Assembly: GCA_947453125.1 (NCBI GenBank)
Contig: CANGGC010000001.1
Location: forward strand, 1 to 51,101
From: Planctomycetaceae bacterium
Lineage (GTDB): Bacteria; Planctomycetota; Planctomycetia; Pirellulales; UBA1268
DNA: 51,101 bases
Direction: 5' to 3'
Of the stretch, positions 25,841 through 34,937 are shown one piece after another. The notes beneath the pieces are model-generated. The model saw only the letters and a list, made by a program, of their open reading frames with translations, had not been told where the DNA came from and did not search any database. How positions within the stretch are numbered: position 1 is the first letter of the stretch; the number at the start of each line of letters is the position of its first letter. Both the position numbers and the translations under genes were made by a program.

Positions 25841-26281
25841 TCAGCCACCGTCGTGGAGCCGATCTTTCTTCAGGTCGCTGTCACCGCTCGCCCCCACGAT
25901 CATCATCCCGAGAAAGCCGCCGAGGGTTCCGCCGAGGACCACCCAGGCGGTGATCGCCAAGGGGAGATAGTCGCGTAGCCACACCCGGATCGGTGGCTCG
26001 GCGCTCTTGGGAACCTTTCGCAGCACCGGGCCCACCGGCCCCTCCGCGCCCGACTCGGCCCGCATGGCGCTGCGGAATTCTTCCCAGTTCTCCTGAGTTG
26101 CCGGGGCTTCCAGGCTTGCCAGCCAGGCCGTCCGGTTGGCGACCAGGTAGAGCGGGGGCACGATCATCAGCGCCCCCCATGCCAGGACGACAATCCCAGC
26201 CACCCAGCGACGGCGACCGGATCCCCTCCCCGGGGTATCGTTGGCCCGACGATGGCTGAGGGGGATGTCATCAGGGGCCAT
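25841..26281 (-). CDS. hypothetical two-TM membrane protein
   Basis: ATG 26281 (MAPDDIPLSHRR...). TM segments are WVAGIVVLAWGALMIVPPLYLV and LAITAWVVLGGTLGGFLGMMIV. No family motif recognised. Confidence 0.5.
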   Translation of the reverse strand: MAPDDIPLSHRRANDTPGRGSGRRRWVAGIVVLAWGALMIVPPLYLVANRTAWLASLEAPATQENWEEFRSAMRAESGAEGPVGPVLRKVPKSAEPPIRVWLRDYLPLAITAWVVLGGTLGGFLGMMIVGASGDSDLKKDRLHDGG

Positions 26282-26451
26282 GGCGGAATCCTCCGACGAC
26301 TTGCAGGCTGTGGACGACCCTTGAGAAACAGCGTCATTCCCGGGGGGTTCCCGGGCGGACAAAGCCTCTGGATGGCCGTGTCCGCGGACTGAGAGCGCCC
26401 GGAGTGCTGGTCATTCTCCGCTGCCGCCTCCCCACCGACAACCGGTCTGGC

Positions 26452-27615
26452 ATGGCAACGGGGGCGTTGCTACCTTCCGCCCCTCCTTCATTCTCCAGGC
26501 CCACCCGACTCCGCCAAGGAACCGTTCGCGTGAAACCGGTCACCTTCCCGAACGCCCCCACTTGGCTTCTGGCCGCCGTCTGCCTCCTCACCGCGACTGC
26601 CCCCGAGGCCCGCGCCCAGAGTGGCTGGCTGCCGACCTCTTGGTTCAGCCAGGCGGAAGTCGACTCCAAAGCGATGTATCCGCTCGCCGAACGCGACGGC
26701 CCGTGGCTCGTGCTCGCCACCACCTTCCGCGGCGAAGGGGCGAGGGACGACGCCCGGCGGCTCGTCCAGGAATTGCGTCGCACCAACAAGATCAAGGCCT
26801 ACACGCACGAGAAGTCGTTCGACTACACCGGCAGCCAGCCCGGCCTCGGCCTCAACCCGGACGGCAGCCCGAAAAAGATGCGTTACGCCAACGCCGAGCA
26901 GGTCGTGGAGGTCGCCGTCCTCGTCGGTGACTTCGCGTCGTTCGACGATCCGCGCGGTCAAAAGATGCTCGCGAAAGTGAAGTCGCTCCGCCCCGAGGCC
27001 CTCACCGGTAACAGCGGCAAGAGCCAGTCGTTCTCCGACTTCCGCAAGATGATCGGCCTCGAACGGACGGCGGGGAAGGGCCCGATGCACCTCGCCTTCG
27101 TGATCCCCAACCCGCTCCTGCCGGAAGACTACTTCGCCCGCCAGCAGGTCGACCGCTTCGTCCTCGACATGAACGCCGATGTGACCCACTCGCTCCTCGA
27201 TTGCCCCGGCCTCTATTCCGTGCGTGTGGCGACGTTCACCGGCTCCGGCACGTTCGACCAGAAGGCAATCGCCGCCGGCGAGGGCGACGTCGAACTCGAG
27301 GGCCGGCTCGTGGAGGCGGCGGAGAAGGCCCACCGCCTCACCGCCTCGCTCCGCAAGGCGGGCTGGGAGGCCTGGGAATACCACGACCGCGAGTCGAGCA
27401 TCGTCTGCATCGGCAGCCTCGATTCCAAGACCGTTCCCGGCGCCCAGGGCGTGCCCACCATCCATCCGGAAATCACCCGGATCGTCCGCGAACTCGGCCC
27501 CGATCCCACGCGCCTCGCCACCGGGGTGGTGCTGCCGCGAACCGTCGACGGGGTCATGCTCGACGTCCAGCCGGCGCCGATCCAGGTCCCGCGGGCCCCG
27601 GAAGGCTGGCACTGA
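26452..27615 (+). CDS. hypothetical secreted protein with two SPOR-like (inferred) repeats
   Basis: Signal-like segment: PTWLLAAVCLLTATAPEARAQ. There are two segments with a beta-alpha-beta-beta-alpha pattern: WLVLATTFRGEGARDDARRLVQELRR...AVLVGDF, and YSVRVATFTG...AAEKAHRLTASLRKAGWEAWEY...IVCIGSL. The start is ATG 26452 or GTG 26530. Confidence 0.6.
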   Translation: MATGALLPSAPPSFSRPTRLRQGTVRVKPVTFPNAPTWLLAAVCLLTATAPEARAQSGWLPTSWFSQAEVDSKAMYPLAERDGPWLVLATTFRGEGARDDARRLVQELRRTNKIKAYTHEKSFDYTGSQPGLGLNPDGSPKKMRYANAEQVVEVAVLVGDFASFDDPRGQKMLAKVKSLRPEALTGNSGKSQSFSDFRKMIGLERTAGKGPMHLAFVIPNPLLPEDYFARQQVDRFVLDMNADVTHSLLDCPGLYSVRVATFTGSGTFDQKAIAAGEGDVELEGRLVEAAEKAHRLTASLRKAGWEAWEYHDRESSIVCIGSLDSKTVPGAQGVPTIHPEITRIVRELGPDPTRLATGVVLPRTVDGVMLDVQPAPIQVPRAPEGWH

Positions 27616-27634
27616 TCACACGGGGGACCGCTCG

Positions 27635-28234
27635 ATGCACGAGGAACTCGTTCTCGGGACGACCAACGCTGGAAAAGTGAGGGAGCTTGCGGCGCTCCTC
27701 GAGCCCCACGGCATCCGGGTCGTCTCCCTGCGGGAATGCCCCGGATCGGTGTCGGTCGATGAGACCGGGACGACCTTCGCTGCAAACGCTGACCTCAAGG
27801 CCAGCCAGCAGGCGTCCGCCCTCTCCCGTTGGGTGCTCGCCGAGGACAGCGGCCTGTGCGTCGACGCCCTCGGCGGCGCGCCGGGGATCCACTCCGCCCG
27901 CTTCTCCGCTGGCGGTGACGACGCCAACAACAGCCTGCTCCTGGAGCGCCTTGCAGCGGTGCCCGCCACCGCTCGCGGAGCTCACTACGCTTGTCACGCG
28001 GCACTTTCCGATCCGTTCGGCGCCATCGTCGCCCGCTCTCAGGGGACCTGTCACGGGAGCATTTCCACAGTACCCGGCGGCAGCGGGGGCTTCGGGTACG
28101 ACCCGCTGTTCATCGTACCGGAATACCACCGCAGCTTCGGAGAACTCGCCCCCGAAGTGAAGGGGGTGATCAGCCACCGGGCCCGGGCGATGCGTGCCAT
28201 CCTTCCGGCGATCCTCCGTCACCTCGCCCGCTGA
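27635..28234 (+). CDS. rdgB: dITP/XTP pyrophosphatase (RdgB/HAM1 family)
   Basis: ATG 27635. Motifs: LVLGTTNAGKVRE, ETGTTFAANADLKA, LAEDSGLCVDALGGAPGIHSARF, GGFGYDPLF and ISHRARA. Confidence 0.92.
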   Translation: MHEELVLGTTNAGKVRELAALLEPHGIRVVSLRECPGSVSVDETGTTFAANADLKASQQASALSRWVLAEDSGLCVDALGGAPGIHSARFSAGGDDANNSLLLERLAAVPATARGAHYACHAALSDPFGAIVARSQGTCHGSISTVPGGSGGFGYDPLFIVPEYHRSFGELAPEVKGVISHRARAMRAILPAILRHLAR

Positions 28235-29363
28235 CGGCCCGCTGGCCGAGCCCTCCCTTTGGAGCGGGCTCGCGATCGGAGACATCTGGCCGGGAAAGCC
28301 GATGGCGAATGACATCGAGCACGTCGCCGGTGCCATCCATCCTCCCTGCGACGGCGGCCAGAGCCGGCCGAAACCGGTCGAGCCCGGCGACAAACGCGTT
28401 GATCCGCTCTGCCGTTGTCTCCTCGAGGAGACAGAAATCGCCGCAGTTCATCGTGGCGAGAAAGTGCGCATTCATGAGTTGCTCGGCGTGGGCGCTCTCG
28501 GGGAGCACGAGCATCGGCTTGCCGAGTTGGAGGGCCTCGCCGATCAACTGATTGCCGGCGGCGGCGACCAGCGCCCGGCATCCGATGAGGTCCTCCACGA
28601 ATCGACTGCCGTCGATCGCATGGAACGACAACGCTCCGAACGACTCCCGTTCGCCGAGCCCGTAGACCCGCACCGGCAGACCACAATCGGCCAGGCTCGC
28701 CAGCGTGGCAAACGGGGTATGGCGACGCAGGTAGCTGACGAGGTACCCGCGATCGGCAGGCGCCGCGCCGAGCAAATCCCGGCGCAGCAGCGGGCCGACC
28801 TGGACGACATGCTCCCACCCGCGGCGGAGGGGCGGACGGAAGAACGCCGAGACGACCGTGTCGGAGGCACCGACCGTGCACACCCACACCGCATGCCCCA
28901 TCAACCACGCATGCCACTGGAGCGACCAGGGAAGGACGCCGAGATCGTACGCGAGGAGGAAGTGCTGGTGATCAATACTCAGCAGCGGGATCCCCTGGCG
29001 GGCACAGGCCCGCGGCAGGGCAGGCTCGAAATCGGTGATCCCGAGATCGGCGCCGAAGGCCTCGAGTTCGGCCATCAAGCGATCGGTGAGCGGTCCGAGC
29101 GTCCGCGCCTGATACTCGAGCCCCGCCGTGATCGATCGGACGACATCGAGGCGCCCCCCCGTATACTGGAACACGAGGCCCGGGATCTCCCGCACCTCGA
29201 CATTCCCGGCCCCGGGAGGATGACGAAGTCTCAGGAACGCCAGCGCATCGGCGGAGGTGTAGACGAGGATTTCGTGCTCGTCGGCCAAGTGCTCGATGAG
29301 CGTGCAGATCCGCGTCGCGTGACCGCGTCCCTCGCCGCACAAGCTGATCGCGATCCGTGCCAT
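28170..29363 (-). CDS. glycosyltransferase, GT28/MurG-like fold (MJ1255-type)
   Basis: ATG 29363 (MARIAISLCGEGRGHATRICTLIEHL). The C-terminal sugar-nucleotide domain reads AAGNQLIGEALQLGKPMLVLPESAHAEQLMNA. The 3' end overlaps convergent rdgB by 65 nt. Confidence 0.85.
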   Translation of the reverse strand: MARIAISLCGEGRGHATRICTLIEHLADEHEILVYTSADALAFLRLRHPPGAGNVEVREIPGLVFQYTGGRLDVVRSITAGLEYQARTLGPLTDRLMAELEAFGADLGITDFEPALPRACARQGIPLLSIDHQHFLLAYDLGVLPWSLQWHAWLMGHAVWVCTVGASDTVVSAFFRPPLRRGWEHVVQVGPLLRRDLLGAAPADRGYLVSYLRRHTPFATLASLADCGLPVRVYGLGERESFGALSFHAIDGSRFVEDLIGCRALVAAAGNQLIGEALQLGKPMLVLPESAHAEQLMNAHFLATMNCGDFCLLEETTAERINAFVAGLDRFRPALAAVAGRMDGTGDVLDVIRHRLSRPDVSDREPAPKGGLGQRAVSGRGDGGSPEGWHASPGPGG

Positions 29364-29602
29364 GCCGTGACGCCTCCAATCACCCGTCCCCGTCGCGCTC
29401 CCTCCATCCCTTCCGGCCCGGAGCCGCGCCACACAGCGATTGTGCCGCCCAGCCTGTCCGGAGGCCAGTTGAACGCAAGGCGGGGCCGCAACCGGGCCAA
29501 CGCTTCTGAGGCGGGGCACGATTCGATACGATGAAATCCGGGGCTGGCCAGGCGCCAGCCGCACTAGGACCAGGCTCGATATGGTTCCATCATGAGGGGG
29601 CG

Positions 29603-30652
29603 ATGAACACCCTGCGCACGCAGAACCTCCGACGGCAGCGGTCGGTGCCGATCCTCCTCCTGCTCCTTGGCGTGCTGACCGTGCTGACCGGCCCGGACGC
29701 CTCGGGCCAGGACACCGAACAAACAGCCGAAGAAGAGACTGAACCGGCGGCCGAATCGGAGGCCGAGGCTGAGGTGATCGCCACCGTGGGAACCACCCGG
29801 CTGACCCGTGCAGACCTCGAGCAGGCGGTGCGGCGACGGAGCGGTGGACGTCCGATCCCCGCGGAACAACAAGACCGCCTCCAGGCCCAGGCTGTGGGAG
29901 ACCTCTTGGAACAGACGCTCATCCAGGCAGAGATCGAGCGCCGCCAGGTCGAGGTGAGCGATGCCGAGATCAATGATCGGATCGCCCAACTCTCCACGGA
30001 ACTCACCGCCCGGCAGTCGAGCCTCGACACGTTCCTCGCCGGCGCCGGCCTCGACTACGAGGGCCTGCGTGAACAGGTGCGTTTCGAGATCGCCGTGCCG
30101 AAAATCATCCTCCCGATGATCACGGAGGATGTCATGCGGCAGGTCCTCGCGATGCACCACTTTGACTTCGACGGCACCCGCGTCCGCGCCAGCCACATCA
30201 TCCTTCGCCCCGAGGCGAGTTCTGGCCCGGATGCCATCAACGCGGTGCTCGCCCGAGCCGAACGGATCCGCGCCGATATCCTTGCCGAAGAACTCACCTT
30301 CGCCGAAGCGGCCGAGCGTTACTCCGCCGGCCCGAGTCGGCATCGGGGGGGAGATCTCGGCTTCGTGCCGCGGCATGGCCTGCTCTCCGAGGAGTTCGCG
30401 GCCCAGGTGTTCAAGCTCACCAAGGGGGAGGTTTCGAAGCCGTTCGTGACCCCGTTGGGAGTTCATGTGGCCAAGGTCACCGACGTCGATCCCGGCACAG
30501 TCGCGCCGGAGACTTTCCGCAAGCCACTGGAGCAACTCGCTTTCCAGAAGGTCCTCCAGGCGTTCGTCATCCATTGCCGTCAGCAGACCCCGATCGAACT
30601 CAAGCCCGGAATCGTGGCGGTCGATCCCCGCGCCCCCGGGCCCCGTCCGTAG
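29603..30652 (+). CDS. peptidyl-prolyl cis-trans isomerase, parvulin type (SurA/PrsA-like)
   Basis: ATG 29603. The signal/anchor is VPILLLLLGVLTVLTG and a SurA-like N-domain follows. The parvulin domain reads RASHIILRPE...AERYSAGPSRHRGGDLGFVPRHGLLSEEFAAQVFKLTKGEVSKPFVTPLGVHVAKV. Confidence 0.85.
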   Translation: MNTLRTQNLRRQRSVPILLLLLGVLTVLTGPDASGQDTEQTAEEETEPAAESEAEAEVIATVGTTRLTRADLEQAVRRRSGGRPIPAEQQDRLQAQAVGDLLEQTLIQAEIERRQVEVSDAEINDRIAQLSTELTARQSSLDTFLAGAGLDYEGLREQVRFEIAVPKIILPMITEDVMRQVLAMHHFDFDGTRVRASHIILRPEASSGPDAINAVLARAERIRADILAEELTFAEAAERYSAGPSRHRGGDLGFVPRHGLLSEEFAAQVFKLTKGEVSKPFVTPLGVHVAKVTDVDPGTVAPETFRKPLEQLAFQKVLQAFVIHCRQQTPIELKPGIVAVDPRAPGPRP

Positions 30653-30867
30653 CTGGCGGTGGGAGCAGCCCCCTTGGCCTTTTTTCCCGCGGCAGGGCCT
30701 TGGCGGCGTGTTAGACCGAACGGAACCCGGCCCCATTCAGGATTGTCCCGATCGGGCGGCCGGACTACCTTCCCCACCCCCGACACCCCGTCGGCGGGCC
30801 TGAAGAGCGGCCTCTTCCCCGGTCAGCCCGCCCCGGGAACCCCCGTCGTTCGGACGCCGATCCCCTC

Positions 30868-31470
30868 ATGAAGCTCCGTTCCGCCTTGCTGATCGCGTGT
30901 CTGATCGTGGTGCCTCTACTGGCCATGTTCTCGCACAAAGTCCCAACTACGACGCGGGCAGCGATCCGGGAACGCCTCTGGAATCCGATGATCAGGCCGC
31001 TGGCGTCAGCCCTCGGCCTGGGTGCCACGCCCCCAACCAGCCCCCCCCCCCGGCAAGCGACGGCCTCTCCGCCGCCGGCCGATCCCCTCCAGCCTCTCCA
31101 ACCGGCTCAGGCGCCGGGCCTGCGCGAACCCGATGCCACCATCGCTGGCAACTCCCCGCCGCCGGCAATCCTCCTCGGCTCGGACGACTCGCTGCCGATC
31201 GGCGGGGCGACGGGCCTGGAATCGCTCGAGGCGCGGCTCCGGGCCCTCGGGGCAACGAGGATCGACTGGACCCCGGGCCAGGGGGGCGACGGCCTCCATC
31301 GCTGCAGCTGCCGCATTCCCGCTGAACCGACCGGGCAGCTTCACCGCATCTTCCAGGCAGCCGCCACCGACCCAGTGGCCGCGCTCGACAATCTCGTTGG
31401 CCAGGTCACGGCCTGGTCGATGCGTAGCGGGGGCACCGCAGCCAGCCCGGCGATGCCCCTGCGGCGCTGA
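30868..31470 (+). CDS. hypothetical exported Pro-rich protein
   Basis: MKLRSALLIACLIVVPLLAMF is a signal or anchor. A P-rich linker leads to a C-terminal region of about 90 aa (GLESLEARLRALGATRIDW...). No family recognised. Confidence 0.5.
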   Translation: MKLRSALLIACLIVVPLLAMFSHKVPTTTRAAIRERLWNPMIRPLASALGLGATPPTSPPPRQATASPPPADPLQPLQPAQAPGLREPDATIAGNSPPPAILLGSDDSLPIGGATGLESLEARLRALGATRIDWTPGQGGDGLHRCSCRIPAEPTGQLHRIFQAAATDPVAALDNLVGQVTAWSMRSGGTAASPAMPLRR

Positions 31471-31487
31471 TCGGGGGAGATCGCGCC

Positions 31488-32258
31488 GTGCTGCTCCACC
31501 GTCGGTCTTCGAATCGACTCCCCGACCTTTTCCAACGCCGCGCGGCATCCGGCCGGGGGCCTCGGCCATTCCTCGCCCCCATCCGCCGGCAGCGTCCACC
31601 GACGACTCCCACCAGGCCCCCCCTGGGGCTGGCGGAGGCCGAACCGGGGCCTCACGCCCGTTCGGAGGAATTGGCCCGTCTGGAGGCGGCTTTGTTCATC
31701 GCCCGGGAACCGCTCTCCACACGCCGACTGGCAAAAATCGCCCGGCTCTCCGACGGCACCCGTGCCCGGGCACTCCTCCGGGAACTGGCTGCCGTTCAGG
31801 ACGCCAGCGGCAGCGCCATCCGGGTCGAGCCGATCGCCGGCGGCTTCCAACTCCTCACCCGCTCACCGTTCGGCCCCTGGGTCCGCAGACTCCTGACGAC
31901 ACCGGCGGAAAACCGCCTGTCGGCGGCGGCACTCGAGACGCTGGCGATCGTGGCCTACCGTCAGCCGGTGACCCGGGCGGAAATCGAAGCCATCCGCGGG
32001 GTCGGGTGCGAGGAGATGCTGCGGCAACTCATGGAACGGGATCTGGTCGCAGTCGGAGGGCGGACCGAGGAACTTGGTCGTCCCAACGTCTATCAGACCA
32101 CGAAGCGTTTTCTGCGGGCCTTTGGGCTGTCCCGGATCGAGGATCTGCCCGACATCGGCCCGGTTAAGACGCTCGAACCGACCGCCCCGCCCGGGCCCGG
32201 TGGTCAGGAGCCCCCCGGCCCACCGGCACCTAGCTCCCCCTCGTCCGAGCGCACGTGA
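31488..32258 (+). CDS. scpB: segregation and condensation protein B
   Basis: ScpB motifs: LEAALFIAREPLSTRRLAKIA, ALETLAIVAYRQPVTRAEIEAIRGVGCEEMLRQLMERDLV and GRPNVYQTTKRFLRAFGL. The N-terminal 60 aa are Pro/Arg-rich, so the true start may lie downstream of GTG 31488. Confidence 0.85.
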   Translation: MLLHRRSSNRLPDLFQRRAASGRGPRPFLAPIRRQRPPTTPTRPPLGLAEAEPGPHARSEELARLEAALFIAREPLSTRRLAKIARLSDGTRARALLRELAAVQDASGSAIRVEPIAGGFQLLTRSPFGPWVRRLLTTPAENRLSAAALETLAIVAYRQPVTRAEIEAIRGVGCEEMLRQLMERDLVAVGGRTEELGRPNVYQTTKRFLRAFGLSRIEDLPDIGPVKTLEPTAPPGPGGQEPPGPPAPSSPSSERT

Positions 32259-32382
32259 ACGATTTTCGTTCCCCTCGCCCCGCTTGCACTCGATCGAAAC
32301 TGCGGCGACACTTTCCCGTCCCCGCGACCGTGGTTCGGAAGCCCACCCCGCCCCGGTTGACGATTTTTTTCCCGAAGGTTGG

Positions 32383-33057
32383 ATGATTCCGCACGATCGG
32401 GTACAGAATTGTACGAAGGAATCTGCCGATACTCGGACGACTGCTTGGCAACATGCCCGACCCAACGCTTCCCACGGGGGGAAGCCCATCCGGGAATCTT
32501 CGACGATTCACACCAACGGATACGCAGCGATGATGGCACCAGCACCGACAACTCAACGTGGATCGTTACCGTCTGACCGTTCACTGTCCGTCGCAGGGCC
32601 TGTGAACAGACTCGAGGGAGGTTTTTCAGTGACCAGCGTTGCGAGCCCCAGGGGATCCCGAAGCGTGTTGAACTCCGACGTGTTTTGCTGGGACGAGCTT
32701 CCCGATTTGCTCGCCGCCGAGGAGCTCTTCGAGATTGCCGGCAACCGCAACTCGACGTCTCCGATCGTCGGCAAGCAGGATGACGATGAGGACGAGGACG
32801 AGGACGACCTCGAGGATGATGACGACGAAGAAGACGACGAAGAAGACGATCTCGAGGACGACGAATGGGAAGAGGTTGAGGACGAGGACGAAGAAGAGGA
32901 CGACGAGGAAGACGAAGAAGACGAAGAAGACGAAGAAGACGAAGAGGATGATGAGGAAGAAGGAGATGATGACGAGGAGTGGGAGGACGACGACGAAGAG
33001 TGGGATGACGAGGACGAAGAGGAAGACGACGAGGAAGAAGACGACGACGACGACTGA
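32383..33057 (+). CDS. hypothetical protein with 92-residue hyperacidic C-terminal tail
   Basis: ATG 32383 (MIPHD...); an alternative is ATG about 32530 (MMAPAP). The last 92 residues contain 85 Asp/Glu. The segment VFCWDELPDLLAAEELFEIAG precedes the tail. Confidence 0.6.
   Translation: MIPHDRVQNCTKESADTRTTAWQHARPNASHGGKPIRESSTIHTNGYAAMMAPAPTTQRGSLPSDRSLSVAGPVNRLEGGFSVTSVASPRGSRSVLNSDVFCWDELPDLLAAEELFEIAGNRNSTSPIVGKQDDDEDEDEDDLEDDDDEEDDEEDDLEDDEWEEVEDEDEEEDDEEDEEDEEDEEDEEDDEEEGDDDEEWEDDDEEWDDEDEEEDDEEEDDDDD
32779..33054 (+). repeat. GAN-triplet low-complexity tract (GAC/GAA/GAG/GAT) encoding poly-D/E
   Basis: The run is continuous and includes (GACGAAGAA)x4 around 32907-32945. The reverse complement reads as poly-Ser (shadow ORF 32553..33092). 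Confidence 0.85.
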
Positions 33058-33127
33058 CCTCCGTTCCACCTGATCCCGCCGTCACCGATCAAATCTCGCG
33101 CGGCATCGCCGCCATAGCATTCAACCG

Positions 33128-33170
33128 ACCCTGGAGACGCTCCTCTGCGTGTCTCCAGGGTCGCTATTTT
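33128..33170 (+). terminator. putative intrinsic terminator after the acidic-tail gene
   Basis: An 11-bp stem, ACCCTGGAGAC (33128-33138) pairing with GTCTCCAGGGT (33151-33161), has a 12-nt loop. It is followed by CGCTATTTT with a T-run at 33166-33170. It sits in the convergent gap between the acidic-tail gene and the M28 peptidase gene. Confidence 0.45.
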
Positions 33171-33291
33171 CCCGATCGTGGCGGGGGGAGCGAGCGACGC
33201 TGCGGGCTGCGGCCTCGGGCTTTCGTGGGGCGGCCTGAATCCGGGGAAGGCCCCGTCATTCCGGGGGCATTCCTTCTCATGGGCCCCAAAC

Positions 33292-34641
33292 TCATGGTCC
33301 CCGAGCCGGTTCGGAGCCAGCCGTGGGTGCCGCGGGCCCCTGTTCGCCCGTCAACGCCGGTGCCTCTCCGCTGACCACGTGGACTTCGACGATTCGCCCG
33401 GCGCGATCGATCTGCAGCGTCAGGGCATCGCCCGCCGACGCCATCCGCTGGAGCATCGTCGCCTGAGTGGCAAAAGGCTTCCCATCAATGGCGATGATCC
33501 GGTCACCACAACGCAGGCCGGCACGCTCGAGGGGGGAATCAGGCACGACACGAACGACGACCGGTGCCGATGGATCGCCGGCATCGGACCGGGTGCTCAT
33601 GCCCCACCGCACACGCTGTTCCACCGGCCCCGCCTGGACAACGCGTTCGAGCGTGTCACGGTGGGCATTCTTCTCCCTGCGACTGGCGTCGCGGAAGCCG
33701 GCCGGTGTCCCCGGCCGGTCAGCCACGGCCGTCACCACCCCCAGGGCCAGCCGCGCCACCGCCTCGACCCCCGCGGTGTTCACGAGTTGCACATCGTCGC
33801 TGGGGCGGTGGTACTCGTCATGGAGCCCGGTGTGGAGCATGACGGTGGGCACGCGAGATTCGATGAACGGAAAGTGATCGGAATCGTCGACGATGTCCCA
33901 GTCGAAAATGAGTTCCAGCCCCGTCTCCCGATTCGACTCGGCGAGAATCCCCCGCAGGCCGGTCATGGTTCTGCCGCCGTAGATCTCGACGCGCTCGCCG
34001 CGGAGCCGGCCGATCATGTCGAGGTTGACCACGAACACCGGCCGCAGGTCACGGAGTGGCTGCGGACGGACGCGGACGAAGTGCCACGAGCCGAGCAATC
34101 CCTTCTCCTCGCCGTCCCAGAAGGCAAGGAGCACCGGCCGCCGCGGCTTGGCCGGCATGGCCTGGAGCACCTCGGCGATCTCGAGCACCCCAGCGACCCC
34201 CGAAGCATTGTCGTCGGCGCCGTTGTGGATCAGTCCCGTCGGGCCGTAGCTGTTGGCGGCGGTGCCGTAGCCGACGTGATCGTAATGGGCCCCCACGACG
34301 ACCATCTCCCGTTCGCAGGCTGGGTCGCTGCCCGGCACGAGGGCAAGGATGTTCCGCATCGTCCCGAACCGCTGGTAGTAGGTTCCCTCGTCCCCGGCCG
34401 GCCGGAGGCCAGCGCCGCGGAGCGTCTCGACGATGTAGGCACCGGCGGCCCGTCCTCCTCGGCTCCCCCCTTCGCGGCCCTCGAGGGCGTCATCGGCGAG
34501 GGCGGCCACATGACGGCCGGCCCCCACGGCGTCTATCACCGCGGCTGCCTCGGCGGCGTGGCCCCGTTCCCCTCCGAGCAGGCCGGCCGACAGGATCGCC
34601 CCCCCGAGGGCCATCGCCGGTAAAACCGTCCGCACGTCCAT
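33292..34641 (-). CDS. M28-family aminopeptidase with C-terminal PDZ domain
   Basis: ATG 34641 (MDVRTVLPAMALGGAILSAGLLG, signal). M28 motifs: VVVGAHYDHVGYG, NGADDNASGVAGVLEIAEVL, FWDGEEKGLLGSWHF and HDEYHRPSDD. The PDZ domain reads VVRVVPDSPLERAGLRCGDRIIAIDGKPF. Confidence 0.88.
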   Translation of the reverse strand: MDVRTVLPAMALGGAILSAGLLGGERGHAAEAAAVIDAVGAGRHVAALADDALEGREGGSRGGRAAGAYIVETLRGAGLRPAGDEGTYYQRFGTMRNILALVPGSDPACEREMVVVGAHYDHVGYGTAANSYGPTGLIHNGADDNASGVAGVLEIAEVLQAMPAKPRRPVLLAFWDGEEKGLLGSWHFVRVRPQPLRDLRPVFVVNLDMIGRLRGERVEIYGGRTMTGLRGILAESNRETGLELIFDWDIVDDSDHFPFIESRVPTVMLHTGLHDEYHRPSDDVQLVNTAGVEAVARLALGVVTAVADRPGTPAGFRDASRREKNAHRDTLERVVQAGPVEQRVRWGMSTRSDAGDPSAPVVVRVVPDSPLERAGLRCGDRIIAIDGKPFATQATMLQRMASAGDALTLQIDRAGRIVEVHVVSGEAPALTGEQGPAAPTAGSEPARGP

Positions 34642-34830
34642 GATCAAGGCACTCCGACTGACCGTCCCGGCCCCCTTGGAACACACCCCCCACACGGGAG
34701 GGGTTTCGGAGGAGCGTCCCGCGACCCACAATGGCCCCTCCAGTGGACTTCGCTCCCAGAGCGACGGCAAGGTGAGTCCGGTGATCATCCGGGCCCATTC
34801 TGGCAGGGCTTTTTTGCGTTCATTGGGTGA

Positions 34831-34920
34831 GGAGAGGTGGCAGAGCGGTCGAATGCGCGTCTTTGCTAAAGACGTGTCCGGTCAAAAGCTGGACCGCGGG
34901 TTCGAATCCCGCCCTCTCCG
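34831..34920 (+). tRNA. tRNA-Ser (anticodon GCU), type II with long variable arm
   Basis: Hand fold. Acceptor GGAGAGG/CCTCTCC (7 bp) plus discriminator G. D arm GCA-GAGCGGTCGAA-TGC. Anticodon stem CGTCT/AGACG with loop TTGCTAA (anticodon GCT). Variable arm GTCCGG-TCAAAAG-CTGGAC. T arm GCGGG-TTCGAAT-CCCGC. No CCA is encoded. Confidence 0.93.
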
Positions 34921-34937
34921 TTGGATTTCAGACAGGC

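Noticed and set aside
32553-33092. Poly-serine ORF (179 aa) on the minus strand.
   Set aside because: It is simply the reverse complement of the GAN-triplet tract encoding the poly-D/E tail (GAA/GAC/GAG read as TTC/GTC/CTC or TCn in the shifted frame). It has no independent start context and no signal features.
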